This document shows, one piece after another, positions 1 through 9,785 of a stretch of 64,000 bases of DNA (position 1 is the first letter of the stretch; each line of letters starts with the position of its first letter). A model generated the notes under the pieces. The model made no database searches, had not been told where the DNA came from, and worked only from the letters and a program-made list of their open reading frames with translations. Origin of the DNA: an uncultured Cellvibrionales bacterium (GTDB lineage: Bacteria > Pseudomonadota > Gammaproteobacteria > Pseudomonadales > CAWVSB01); the NCBI GenBank assembly GCA_963933215.1, contig CAWVSB010000014.1:1933-65932 (forward strand). Direction: 5' to 3'. A program made the translations under genes and the position numbers.

Positions 1-2406
1 TCGTTTAATCAATTTTTGAATCTCGCCAATATCGCTGACCAACACCATACTATCAGCCGAGATGCTGTCGCAGAATTTTCCGCCACCAATACCCTGAATG
101 ACCTGTTTTCACTGCTAGATGATGAAAGTATTGCTAGGGATACAGTGACTAAAGCAATTGCAGAGTTAAATATAGAATTGGTACTGACAGCACACCCTAC
201 CGAGATTACTCGTCGTACTTTAATTCATAAATATGGCGAAATAGACGACTGCCTCGGCAAGCTAGAACTAAGTGGCATGACCGAGCGAGAACACGTCACT
301 CTTGAAAATCGGCTACGAGAATTAATTACCCAAATATGGCATTCTAATGAATTCAGGCAAACACGTCCGACGCCAGTTGATGAGGCTAAATGGGGCTTTA
401 CAGTAGTAGAAAATTCATTATGGCAGGCCGTCCCCGATTTTTTACGCCGGCTAGACAGTACATTATCCAAAGCAACCGGTGCAGTCTTACCAATCGATGC
501 AGCGCCAGTAAAATTTGTTTCATGGATGGGTGGCGACCGCGATGGTAATCCTAACGTAACCGCTGACATCACCCGCGAAGTATTAATGCTTAGCCGCTGG
601 AAGGCCGCTGATTTATACCTCCCAGAAATAATGGCACTGATAGAAGAACTATCAATGAAGCGTTGTTCAAGGGACTTACAAAACCACGCTGGTGATGCCT
701 TCGAACCTTATCGAACAATCCTTAAACCCTTGCGTAATTTATTGAATAACACAATAGAAACCCTTAACGCCAAACTTATTGGCTCGGGCCGAACTCACGA
801 AGTGATTCTATTTGATGAAAGCCAATTATGGGACCCTTTATTACTTTGCTGGCAATCATTACACGAATGCGGCATGGCTCGCATTGCCGACGGCCGCCTT
901 TTAGACTTACTGCGCAGGGTGAAATGCTTTGGGGTTCATTTAGTTCGTCTCGATGTTCGTCAAGAAAGTGACCGCCATACGGAAGTATTATCAGAACTCA
1001 CTCAATATTTAGAGCTAGGCGATTACGCCCAGTGGAATGAACAACAACGCAGCGATTTTTTACTAAGCGAACTTAATAATAAACGACCACTATTTCCCAA
1101 AGACTGGCAACCGTCAGCTAATGTCCAAGAGGTTTTAAATACCTGTGCCGTTGTTGCCGAGCAACCTGCTGCAGCGATGGGTGGTTATATTATTTCTATG
1201 GCTAGGCAAGCGTCTGACATTTTGGCGGTACAGCTACTAATGAAAGAAGCTGGTGCAAGCTTCCGTCTACCGGTGGGGCCATTATTTGAAACCTTGGATG
1301 ACTTAAACCGAGCTGAACAAGTAATGGAATCACTTCTTAGCAACGACTGGTACCGCAGTAAGTTAAACGGCCAACAAATGGTAATGATTGGTTATTCGGA
1401 CTCAGCCAAAGACGCCGGTGTTTTTGCCGCTTCATGGGCGCAATATCGCGCCCAAGAAAATCTATTAAATGTCTGTAGCAAGCATGATATTAAGCTCACC
1501 TTATTCCACGGTCGTGGCGGCACTATTGGTCGCGGCGGCGCGCCCGCTCATCAGGCCCTACTGTCACAGCCTCCAGGATCGCTGCGCGGCGGTTTAAGAG
1601 TCACTGAACAGGGAGAAATGATTCGTGCCAAATTGGGTCTACCAGCCATCGCGATTAAATCGCTAGCACTTTACGCCAGTGCAATAGTGCAAGCCAACTT
1701 ATTAGAGCCACCCAAACCTCAACCTAGCTGGCGTAAAGCCATGGACATATTGGGCGAAAAATCTTGTGAGCAATATCGTGAAATGTTGCGTGGAGAGCCG
1801 AATTTCGTCGAATATTTTCGCCAAGCAACGCCAGTACAAGAGCTTGCCGACCTGCCCTTAGGTTCGCGTCCAGCAAAACGTAAAGCCACTGGCGGCATTG
1901 AAACGCTGCGCGCTATTCCGTGGATTTTTGCTTGGAGTCAAAACCGATTATTAGTGCCCGCATGGTTAGGTGCTGGCGCCGCATTAGAGGAATTTATTAA
2001 AGCAGGCAACGAGCCCATCATTCATGAAATGCGCAGTAATTGGCCATTTTTTAATACCCGGCTGTCGATGTTAGAGATGGTGTATGCGAAAGCTGATGTA
2101 CAACTGGCGGAGCATTACGACCAGTTACTGGTCGATGACAACTTACGCTATCTAGGAGATAAACTCAGAACACAGCTAGAAAGCGACAAAGCCACCATTT
2201 TACATATTGGCGGCGAACATGAACTGATGGCAGACCAACCGTGGATAAGAGAATCTATTCACTTACGAAATATTTATACCGATCCGTTGAATTTATTGCA
2301 GGCAGAGCTACTCAAACGTAACCGCGAGAGCTCAGACACAAATACCAAATTAGCATTAATGACAACGATTGCAGGTATCGCTGCTGGCATGCGTAATACT
2401 GGCTAA
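1..2406 (+). CDS. ppc: Phosphoenolpyruvate carboxylase, 5'-truncated by the window edge
   Basis: [54 protein letters not shown] motifs and C-terminal GMRNTG; frame is open from base 1 ([12 protein letters not shown]). Confidence 0.98.
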   Translation, partial: SFNQFLNLANIADQHHTISRDAVAEFSATNTLNDLFSLLDDESIARDTVTKAIAELNIELVLTAHPTEITRRTLIHKYGEIDDCLGKLELSGMTEREHVTLENRLRELITQIWHSNEFRQTRPTPVDEAKWGFTVVENSLWQAVPDFLRRLDSTLSKATGAVLPIDAAPVKFVSWMGGDRDGNPNVTADITREVLMLSRWKAADLYLPEIMALIEELSMKRCSRDLQNHAGDAFEPYRTILKPLRNLLNNTIETLNAKLIGSGRTHEVILFDESQLWDPLLLCWQSLHECGMARIADGRLLDLLRRVKCFGVHLVRLDVRQESDRHTEVLSELTQYLELGDYAQWNEQQRSDFLLSELNNKRPLFPKDWQPSANVQEVLNTCAVVAEQPAAAMGGYIISMARQASDILAVQLLMKEAGASFRLPVGPLFETLDDLNRAEQVMESLLSNDWYRSKLNGQQMVMIGYSDSAKDAGVFAASWAQYRAQENLLNVCSKHDIKLTLFHGRGGTIGRGGAPAHQALLSQPPGSLRGGLRVTEQGEMIRAKLGLPAIAIKSLALYASAIVQANLLEPPKPQPSWRKAMDILGEKSCEQYREMLRGEPNFVEYFRQATPVQELADLPLGSRPAKRKATGGIETLRAIPWIFAWSQNRLLVPAWLGAGAALEEFIKAGNEPIIHEMRSNWPFFNTRLSMLEMVYAKADVQLAEHYDQLLVDDNLRYLGDKLRTQLESDKATILHIGGEHELMADQPWIRESIHLRNIYTDPLNLLQAELLKRNRESSDTNTKLALMTTIAGIAAGMRNTG

Positions 2407-2415
2407 ATAATACCG

Positions 2416-2524
2416 AATCTAAATCTCACAACAATAACTACAATCAATAGGGCACCACCAACTGGGCCTTTCAACCATACCGCTGGTTGCGGGCTATATT
2501 CCATGTCGATACCGTTAACTAATA
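2416..2524 (-). pseudogene. Degenerate copy of the 3' end of the ybbP-like permease gene (direct repeat of 6011-6166, with an internal ~47-nt deletion)
   Basis: 2416-2438 matches 6011-6033 at 21/23; 2441-2524 matches 6083-6166 at 69/84 ungapped; translates LVNGIDMEYSPQPAVWLKGPVGGALLI vs LVNSFDMEYSPQPAIWLVGPVSGALLV. Confidence 0.9.
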
Positions 2525-2676
2525 AGCCATATGTATGAAAAACGTACAGTAATTTCTTATGACAACAACAGTAAAAAATCGCTTTAGAGGCGCTTTAATA
2601 CTGGTACAATAATAAAAAGGTGTATTAATACACAAAAAAAATATAAACAGATATTCTACTCTTGGATAATACCAAT

Positions 2677-5600
2677 ATGGACGTTAAACAGCCTCTGTCA
2701 GTTATTTCTAAATTCCTACTAGCAACATCAATTTCCCTACTAATACATGGCTGTGGCGGTGGTGGTGGTGGTGGTGGTGGTGGTGATGGTGATAGTCAAA
2801 CCACTAACTCAACTCCTCCAAGCACAACGGATAACATTCAAGGGCAAGCAATCTTAGGGCCTGTTATTGGTGCTACGGTAAATCTTTATCAATTAGATAA
2901 TATAAATTCCTCTATTTGCAGCACTGAAACACTAATCAGCTCTAACATTGAAGCAGCTGGAACGATAACCCTACCCGCCTCTTGCCCAGAATTTAATGAC
3001 GATGACTTGTATTTAGTTACTGTTGCAGGTGGTGAAGATATTGATGCTGATGATGACGGCAATATTGATGATGTATATACAAACGTTGAAGGCGTTGTCA
3101 GAGCTATTATTAGCGGACAACAAATTTTAGAAGGCAATTGGAAAGTCACTGCATTATCAGAAGCTATTTATCAAGCAGTTCAATACTCAATATCGTCTGG
3201 TGACATGGATTACATTGCAGCCGAACTCAAACGTATAGCTCCTCTATATCTAACAGAGGATATAACTGGCGATGGCATTATTGATACCAGCGATCTAATC
3301 GCATGGCATCCACGAAGAAACTCAGACAGCATAATTAATGCTGACCGAATTTTGTCGCTAATAACCGATATACATGCAGGCCTGAATCGATCTATTTCGG
3401 CACAAACAACCACAATTGGCGAGCTTAATCTATTTGACCTAGGTATTCGTGTAAACGAACTTATTGTTCAAGGGTCTACTGCGTACATTGCTACTAGTAC
3501 CTCTCTAGTAGTTGCAGATGTTTCAGACCCTAAAAATATCGTCATTCAATCTTCAGTTGCATCAGCATTTATTACTGATATAGATGTAAAAAACAACATT
3601 GTCGCATTAGCGCTGGGTAATTCTGGGATACAGTTGGTAGATATAAGTAACCCATTAAATCCTGCCGTTACAGGCTTGATAAGTGGGAACTTTGATCTGG
3701 TCACATGGACGGATAAAGGGTTAGTAGGCCTCAATGCCGAAAATGGAACTCAACAGGGATCTACAATTTATTCAATAAATACTAGCAATCTAGCAAAACC
3801 AGTAGTTGTGGATTCTCTTGGCATTAAGGGAATTTACTTTAAGCCTAGATCAAATTATGACGAATATTCACATAAGCTAAAAAGTGATGGCAATTTTATT
3901 TACGCATCCCTAGCGAATTTGGAAAAACTCAAAGCTGAGATATACATAATAGACGTTTCCGAGCCAGGTAAGATGGCCTTAAGCACCACTATTTCAACCA
4001 ATCAGTTCGCCGGTATAATATCGGACTTTATAATTTCCGAACAACAATTGTATATGATTGTAATGCCGCAATTTGGTATTCCTTCTATCTCAGCCGATGC
4101 TTCAATTCAAGCAACAGACCTCAGCAACCCATATAAACCAGTTAATTTAGGACAAACACCAGCAACACAACTCAACGGTGTAACAAGCATTGAGATATTT
4201 AATAACGGCATATATGCGCTGGTAAACGACAAAGTTATCGCTTACGCCCTACCTACGTTTGAGCAACTATTTACTGTCTCCTTACCTGATGAAAACAACT
4301 TCGACATCATCATCAGAAATGACATAGCTTATATCCAATCTGACGACAACATTATCTCGGTAAATGTCAGACCTATTTCACCAACAATTGATGTACAGGG
4401 CTATGCATTAACTGGCCGAATAGTAAATGCTGCGGTTTCTATACACTCTGTATCAGACTTGTTAGGCGACGCAATATGCTCAATGGAGTCACAAGACAGC
4501 GCTGAATTTGAGAACGCAGGACTTATAACGATTCCTATTGACTGTATTAGCAAACCAGGCTTTTACAGGGTGACCGTTCAAGGAGGCCTAAATATAGACT
4601 GGGATAACGACGGAGTTAGGGACACTACTCCGGTTGCAGTTGATGGAGCAATGCACAGCTATTTTTCTAGCTTCGAATTAGCGCAAAATTGGTCAATAAA
4701 CCCACTTTCCGAAGTAATTTATCAATTAATTGACCCAATTGTAAAAGATGGCCATATCGATATTGCCATTGATCAAGCGGATCAATATGCACAATTAATT
4801 CTTTCTAATGATATAGATGGAGATGGTAAAATAAATAGAAGTGATATTTTCAGCTGGGCGCCAAACTATAGCTATGAGTCTTATCTTCTAATAGCGAACC
4901 CAGATGATTGGTTGGCAAACATAATCGATGGAATCACCAATGATTTTCCACTGGATACTTATCTATCTTTAGTAACCAACAATGTGAAATTTCTAGCGAT
5001 TGATGACTTACAGCTTTATTTCCCCGATGGTGAGATCTCTCTGGCAACAAGCTCAAGCGAATTATTTATCATTGACGATAAATCGGAAGATAATATACGT
5101 ATACTCTCTCGTTTATCTATATCAGATATAAAAGATATTAGCGTTAGTGACAATATTGCATATTTAGCCCGAGGAGACCTAGGGTTAGCAATAATAGACC
5201 TCAGCGACCCGACTACCCCGCTAGAACTAGATGGGTTTAGTGGAGGATCTTTTGAAGCAGTAGAAGCAGCAACGCCTTTTTTATATTCGGTAGGTAAAAA
5301 CAACTCTTCTCAATCTCATCAAACTACAGGAATAGAATTCAATTTTGCTGACTTTTCTTTGTGGGGAATCAATCCCACTAACGCCCCTGTTCTGCTAACA
5401 AGAGTCAATTACGATGGAGGCATTGAAACCGAACCAGAGTATTTTAATAAACCAAAAATTATCTTAAACGATAGCTATATCTATTTAACCCTTGTGAATT
5501 TTTTGAATAAACCAAATTTTGAATTAGGTGAAGATGTATATGTAATGCAATTTCAAGCGCCTTTTACAGTCACACCTGTCAATCAGTTAAATATAATGCT

Positions 5601-5994
5601 ACAGAGTGACTTAGGAGGGCTAATTAGATCCTCGGGAACGTATCAAGACTCTTTAATAGCTGTAATGCAAGCACCTTCAGGACTATCATCAATAGGGAAA
5701 CTCGCTAGTATAGATATTACCAATCCGAGCACCTCCACATTTAGTATTGATGATTTGCAAAACATAGAATCCGGTACAGTGTTTCTTAACGACCAATTTT
5801 ATCAGCTCGATTATTCAAACATATCCTCGTTGTCAGTTGAGAATTTAACACAACAATGGGCAACACCTTATCCAGCTGGTTTTTCAGTCTTAGATTTAAA
5901 AGCCGCCGACGACGATTACCTTTACTTTAAAGCAAGTAACAATGGTAATTTTTCTATAACCTCGATACTAAAAATACCAGTACCAGTTCTTTGA
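2677..5994 (+). CDS. Large surface lipoprotein with two tandem ~520-aa units (Ca-binding-like acidic loops + LVIVD-repeat beta-propeller)
   Basis: Lipobox-like LIHG-C then poly-Gly linker; LVVADVSDP, LVDISNP, IIDVSEP, LAIIDLSDP repeats; DITGDGIIDTSD and DIDGDGKINRSD loops. ATG at 2677 preferred over the TTG at 2662. Confidence 0.75.
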   Translation: MDVKQPLSVISKFLLATSISLLIHGCGGGGGGGGGGDGDSQTTNSTPPSTTDNIQGQAILGPVIGATVNLYQLDNINSSICSTETLISSNIEAAGTITLPASCPEFNDDDLYLVTVAGGEDIDADDDGNIDDVYTNVEGVVRAIISGQQILEGNWKVTALSEAIYQAVQYSISSGDMDYIAAELKRIAPLYLTEDITGDGIIDTSDLIAWHPRRNSDSIINADRILSLITDIHAGLNRSISAQTTTIGELNLFDLGIRVNELIVQGSTAYIATSTSLVVADVSDPKNIVIQSSVASAFITDIDVKNNIVALALGNSGIQLVDISNPLNPAVTGLISGNFDLVTWTDKGLVGLNAENGTQQGSTIYSINTSNLAKPVVVDSLGIKGIYFKPRSNYDEYSHKLKSDGNFIYASLANLEKLKAEIYIIDVSEPGKMALSTTISTNQFAGIISDFIISEQQLYMIVMPQFGIPSISADASIQATDLSNPYKPVNLGQTPATQLNGVTSIEIFNNGIYALVNDKVIAYALPTFEQLFTVSLPDENNFDIIIRNDIAYIQSDDNIISVNVRPISPTIDVQGYALTGRIVNAAVSIHSVSDLLGDAICSMESQDSAEFENAGLITIPIDCISKPGFYRVTVQGGLNIDWDNDGVRDTTPVAVDGAMHSYFSSFELAQNWSINPLSEVIYQLIDPIVKDGHIDIAIDQADQYAQLILSNDIDGDGKINRSDIFSWAPNYSYESYLLIANPDDWLANIIDGITNDFPLDTYLSLVTNNVKFLAIDDLQLYFPDGEISLATSSSELFIIDDKSEDNIRILSRLSISDIKDISVSDNIAYLARGDLGLAIIDLSDPTTPLELDGFSGGSFEAVEAATPFLYSVGKNNSSQSHQTTGIEFNFADFSLWGINPTNAPVLLTRVNYDGGIETEPEYFNKPKIILNDSYIYLTLVNFLNKPNFELGEDVYVMQFQAPFTVTPVNQLNIMLQSDLGGLIRSSGTYQDSLIAVMQAPSGLSSIGKLASIDITNPSTSTFSIDDLQNIESGTVFLNDQFYQLDYSNISSLSVENLTQQWATPYPAGFSVLDLKAADDDYLYFKASNNGNFSITSILKIPVPVL
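2758..2784 (+). repeat. (GGT)9 trinucleotide microsatellite encoding the poly-Gly linker
   Basis: Nine perfect GGT units read directly. Confidence 0.95.
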
Positions 5995-6008
5995 TATCTT
6001 TTGCCGAT

Positions 6009-8474
6009 TCAATCTAAATCTCGCAACACTAACAAAGGTGGTTGAGAAACCGCTTTGCGACTAGCGATATAGCCCAATAGCCCAACCAATAAAGCGCCAC
6101 TAACTGGGCCTACCAACCATATCGCTGGCTGCGGGCTGTATTCCATATCAAAACTATTAACTAATACTAATCCTGCCATTAATTCGGCGCCAACAGCGGC
6201 CAACACGCCAGCAATTAAGCCTAACAAACCAAACTCTAAGGCCAAGCCACCACTAATCAATCGGGTTTGTGCGCCTAGGGTTCGCAAAATCGCACTCTCA
6301 CGCAAGCGCTCTTCCATGCTCGCGCGCACGGTAGCAATTAACACCAACGCACCGCAGCAAATCACTAACCACAACACTGCTTCAATCGCTAAACTGACTT
6401 GACCAACAATAACCCGCACTTGCTTAATAATGGCATCGACTTCAAACACTGCCATAGTAGGAAACTGGCGCAGTAGCTCTAGCAAATAGCGCTTATTCTC
6501 AATCGGCAGATAAAAGCTAGTGATAAAGGTCGCTGGCAAATCTGCCAACACATGCTGAGGAAACATAAGGTAAAAATTAGGATTCATTTGCTCCCAATCC
6601 AGCTCTCTTATACTGGTGACATTGGCCGAGAAGCGTTGATCAGCTAATTGAAATAACAATTCGTCACCAAGCTTTAGATCTAGCCGCTTAGCAAATTCTG
6701 CTTCTACCGAAACTTCATCTTGCCGGCTACCGCCTGTCCACCACTGCCCTTCAATTAATTCATTGTCTTCAGGTTTGGTCGCACTCCAGGTAAGATTTAT
6801 CTCTCTGTCTAGATTTACATTGGAATCACTTTCATTATTAATCTGGTTTACATCAACATTATTAACTTGAATCACTCTTGCTCGCACTAACGGGTATAAG
6901 CCAGCATGAGATAAGCCTTTTTCAGCCATCCATTGCTCTAACGGTTGAATCTCTTCATCGGCCACATTCACTAAAAAGTGATTGGGAGTGCCTTCAGGTA
7001 GCTGCTGCTGCCAGTCGTCTAACAACGATGACCGCAGTAATAACAACATCAAAAACAGCATTAAGGTAATCGTAAAAATAACAATTTGAATAGAGTTTTC
7101 TAATGCCCGTCGGCGTAAAGATGAAGTCGCCAAACGCCAAACACTACCGGCCTGCATACCCGCCAAATGAGTTGCACGCAGCATTAACCAAGCAATACCA
7201 CCGACAAAAACGGCGGCAAATATTAGGCCTGCGAACACCGCCCCGGTAATTACCGGATCACCGGTGTACCAAAGCATTAAACCAAATAATGCAACACCGC
7301 CACAAAGCCATGCAGTAGCCGCATTGCCAATACTTTGACTCAGTTCTTTGCGTAATACTCGTACCGGCGAAACCTTACCCAAGGTGAGTAGCGGCGGCGC
7401 AGCAAATGCCAGCAGGCAAACCAAGCCAGTAACACCGCCAGTCAGCAAAGGCTTAACGCTGGCAGCGGGCAAGGCGACATTCATAACACTGACCACAAAC
7501 GAGGCTATCAGCGCCTGTAGCCCCCAGCCCATTGCCCAGCCAATAACAATCGCAATAAGGCCGATAGCTATAAGCTGCTGCATATAAAGAATAATGACGG
7601 CGAAGCTTTTGGTACCCAAAGTTTTAAGTACAGCAACGACGCTTTCTTGCTGCAGGGTATAACGCCTAGAGGCAATTGCCACGGCGGCACCAGCTAACAC
7701 CAAACCTAATGCGCCACCTAACAGTAAATAACCTTCGGCGCGCTCCATTGCCTCCGCTACTTGCGGTCTGCCCTGCTTAACGCCGTAAACGCGTTGCTCA
7801 GGTAACTTGTTCTCATCGAGAATTACTTGCGACTGCGCTAGCGCTTCACTAGTGCCAGCTAAATAGTAGAAATAACTTACCCTACTACCTATTTGTACTA
7901 CCGCGGCTGCAGCTAAGTCGGCATTACTCATTAATGCTACAGGTGCTAAGCCACTAGTGCTGCCTCCCGGTTCACTTACCAGTACTGCAGCTATAGTTAA
8001 ATCAATATCACCCAATTCAACGCTATCACCAACATCTAAACCCAAACCTTGTAGCAAGCGGGCATCCGCCCATATCTCACCTTGTTGGGGCGAGTTTGTC
8101 ACCGTTGAGGTATCACCAAATAAAGATTTAGCAATCCGTATGCTGCCGCGCAGTGGGTATTGCTCATCCACCGCTCTTACCGCCGCTAACTGAAAATTAT
8201 CACCACTGGATAACATACTGGCAAAGGAAACACCGGTAGCAACGTCTAGACCATTAGTCGCTCGGGCGAACCAATCAGTTTCTATAGGCCGCGGTGTTTG
8301 TACAATTAAATCAGCACCCAATAAATCACTGCTTTGAGCATTGATCGCGCCACCTAAGCGCTCGGCAAACATACCTATACCGGTTACAATACCAACCGCT
8401 AAGGCTGTAGCGGCGAGTAATATGCCCAAGTCGCCACCGCGCCATTCCCGCAGTAATAAACGTAATCCCAGCAT
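6009..8474 (-). CDS. ybbP: ABC transporter permease, FtsX/YbbP family
   Basis: LREWRGG start, LLGADL, two FtsX-like halves (LKTLG, LRTLGA), PNHFLVN; next to the ybbA-like ATPase and tesA. Confidence 0.9.
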   Translation of the reverse strand: MLGLRLLLREWRGGDLGILLAATALAVGIVTGIGMFAERLGGAINAQSSDLLGADLIVQTPRPIETDWFARATNGLDVATGVSFASMLSSGDNFQLAAVRAVDEQYPLRGSIRIAKSLFGDTSTVTNSPQQGEIWADARLLQGLGLDVGDSVELGDIDLTIAAVLVSEPGGSTSGLAPVALMSNADLAAAAVVQIGSRVSYFYYLAGTSEALAQSQVILDENKLPEQRVYGVKQGRPQVAEAMERAEGYLLLGGALGLVLAGAAVAIASRRYTLQQESVVAVLKTLGTKSFAVIILYMQQLIAIGLIAIVIGWAMGWGLQALIASFVVSVMNVALPAASVKPLLTGGVTGLVCLLAFAAPPLLTLGKVSPVRVLRKELSQSIGNAATAWLCGGVALFGLMLWYTGDPVITGAVFAGLIFAAVFVGGIAWLMLRATHLAGMQAGSVWRLATSSLRRRALENSIQIVIFTITLMLFLMLLLLRSSLLDDWQQQLPEGTPNHFLVNVADEEIQPLEQWMAEKGLSHAGLYPLVRARVIQVNNVDVNQINNESDSNVNLDREINLTWSATKPEDNELIEGQWWTGGSRQDEVSVEAEFAKRLDLKLGDELLFQLADQRFSANVTSIRELDWEQMNPNFYLMFPQHVLADLPATFITSFYLPIENKRYLLELLRQFPTMAVFEVDAIIKQVRVIVGQVSLAIEAVLWLVICCGALVLIATVRASMEERLRESAILRTLGAQTRLISGGLALEFGLLGLIAGVLAAVGAELMAGLVLVNSFDMEYSPQPAIWLVGPVSGALLVGLLGYIASRKAVSQPPLLVLRDLD

Positions 8475-8476
8475 AA

Positions 8477-9151
8477 CTAGGCTACCTCAGCCGCATTAAC
8501 CAATAAGCCTTCCGCTAACTGTAAGTGTCGATCGCAACGACCAGCCAAGGCGTGGTCGTGGGTAACTAATACTAAGGTTGTGCCTAATTCTTTATTAAGA
8601 GCAAATAATAATTCTATAATTTGACCGCCGGTTTTCTCATCCAAATTACCAGTAGGTTCGTCGGCAAATAAAATTTTAGGCTGGCTCGCAAAAGCTCGCG
8701 CTACCGCTACCCGCTGTTGTTCACCACCCGATAGCTGACGGGGATAATGAGTTAGGCGCTGGCCTAGCCCTACTTTATCTAAAAAACCTTGAGCAATATC
8801 TTTTGGGTTAGCGACTCCTTTTAGCTCCAACGGCAGCATCACGTTTTCTAACGCGGTTAAAGCAGGTAGTAGTTGAAATGACTGAAACACAAAGCCTACC
8901 AGCTCACTCCGTACTTGCGCTCGCTGGTCTTCATTCATCGTTGTAATGACTTTATCGCCTAACACCACACTGCCCGACGTTGGCACATCTAAACCCGCTA
9001 ATATACCCAACAAAGTAGACTTACCCGAACCAGAAGCACCGGTAATTGCAACACTTTCACCATCAGTGATTGTTAATTCCACCCCATTTAGTATCCTTAC
9101 TAACTCGTCTCCAACCGGAATGTGTTTAACCACTTCATTTGTCTTAATCAT
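8477..9151 (-). CDS. ybbA: ABC transporter ATP-binding protein, YbbA family
   Basis: Walker [19 protein letters not shown] signature, [14 protein letters not shown]. Confidence 0.92.
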   Translation of the reverse strand: MIKTNEVVKHIPVGDELVRILNGVELTITDGESVAITGASGSGKSTLLGILAGLDVPTSGSVVLGDKVITTMNEDQRAQVRSELVGFVFQSFQLLPALTALENVMLPLELKGVANPKDIAQGFLDKVGLGQRLTHYPRQLSGGEQQRVAVARAFASQPKILFADEPTGNLDEKTGGQIIELLFALNKELGTTLVLVTHDHALAGRCDRHLQLAEGLLVNAAEVA

Positions 9152-9764
9152 GTATAAAACTCTTGTTAATTATATTCGTGCTGCGTTGTTTACTCTGGTA
9201 TTGCTTGGAGCCAGCTCTACTGTGCTGGCCAATACTGTACTCATCTTAGGCGATAGTTTAAGCGCTGCCTATGGCATTGATCCCAAACTAGGTTGGGTCG
9301 AACTACTCAAACCTCAACTACCTAACACAAATATAATAAATGGCAGCATTAGCGGCGAGACTACTAGCGGCGGTTTAAAACGCCTGCCCGAATTATTAGC
9401 CAAACATAAGCCTTCACTAGTGGTGGTCGAGCTCGGCGCTAACGATGGTTTACGTGGCCAACCACTAAGTTTATTAATGTCTAACCTCACCGCTATTGTT
9501 GATTTAAGCCAAACAATTAATGCCAAAGTACTGCTGTTAGAAATGCATGTACCTCCCAACTATGGCCGCCGCTACAGTGAACGCTTTAACCAAACCTTTC
9601 ACATCATAGCTGCCGACAAAGGCGTCATTGTTGCTCCATTTTTTTTAGACAATGTATCAACTAATCCAGAGCTCATTCAAGCCGATGGCTTACACCCAAC
9701 AGCGCAAGCGCAAGCAATCATTCTGGAAAACTTGCTACCTCATATCAAACCACTACTTAATTAA
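9150..9764 (+). CDS. tesA: Arylesterase / acyl-CoA thioesterase I (SGNH hydrolase) with signal peptide
   Basis: GDSLSAAYG, ISGETTSGG, ELGANDGLRG, QADGLHP; ATG at 9150 overlaps the ybbA start codon head-to-head. Confidence 0.92.
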   Translation: MYKTLVNYIRAALFTLVLLGASSTVLANTVLILGDSLSAAYGIDPKLGWVELLKPQLPNTNIINGSISGETTSGGLKRLPELLAKHKPSLVVVELGANDGLRGQPLSLLMSNLTAIVDLSQTINAKVLLLEMHVPPNYGRRYSERFNQTFHIIAADKGVIVAPFFLDNVSTNPELIQADGLHPTAQAQAIILENLLPHIKPLLN

Positions 9765-9785
9765 CCGCTACGGTATTAATATTCA

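Noticed and set aside
2407-6008. Active mobile element (IS, integron cassette or prophage)
   Set aside because: No integrase or transposase, terminal inverted repeats or attC-like site seen; only the degenerate direct repeat is supported.
8946-9152. 272-aa ORF extending tesA 68 codons into ybbA, and the head-to-head overlap of start codons
   Set aside because: The signal peptide starts at ATG 9150; the extension is antisense shadow of ybbA. A divergent overlapping tesA/ybbA layout is already known in gammaproteobacteria.
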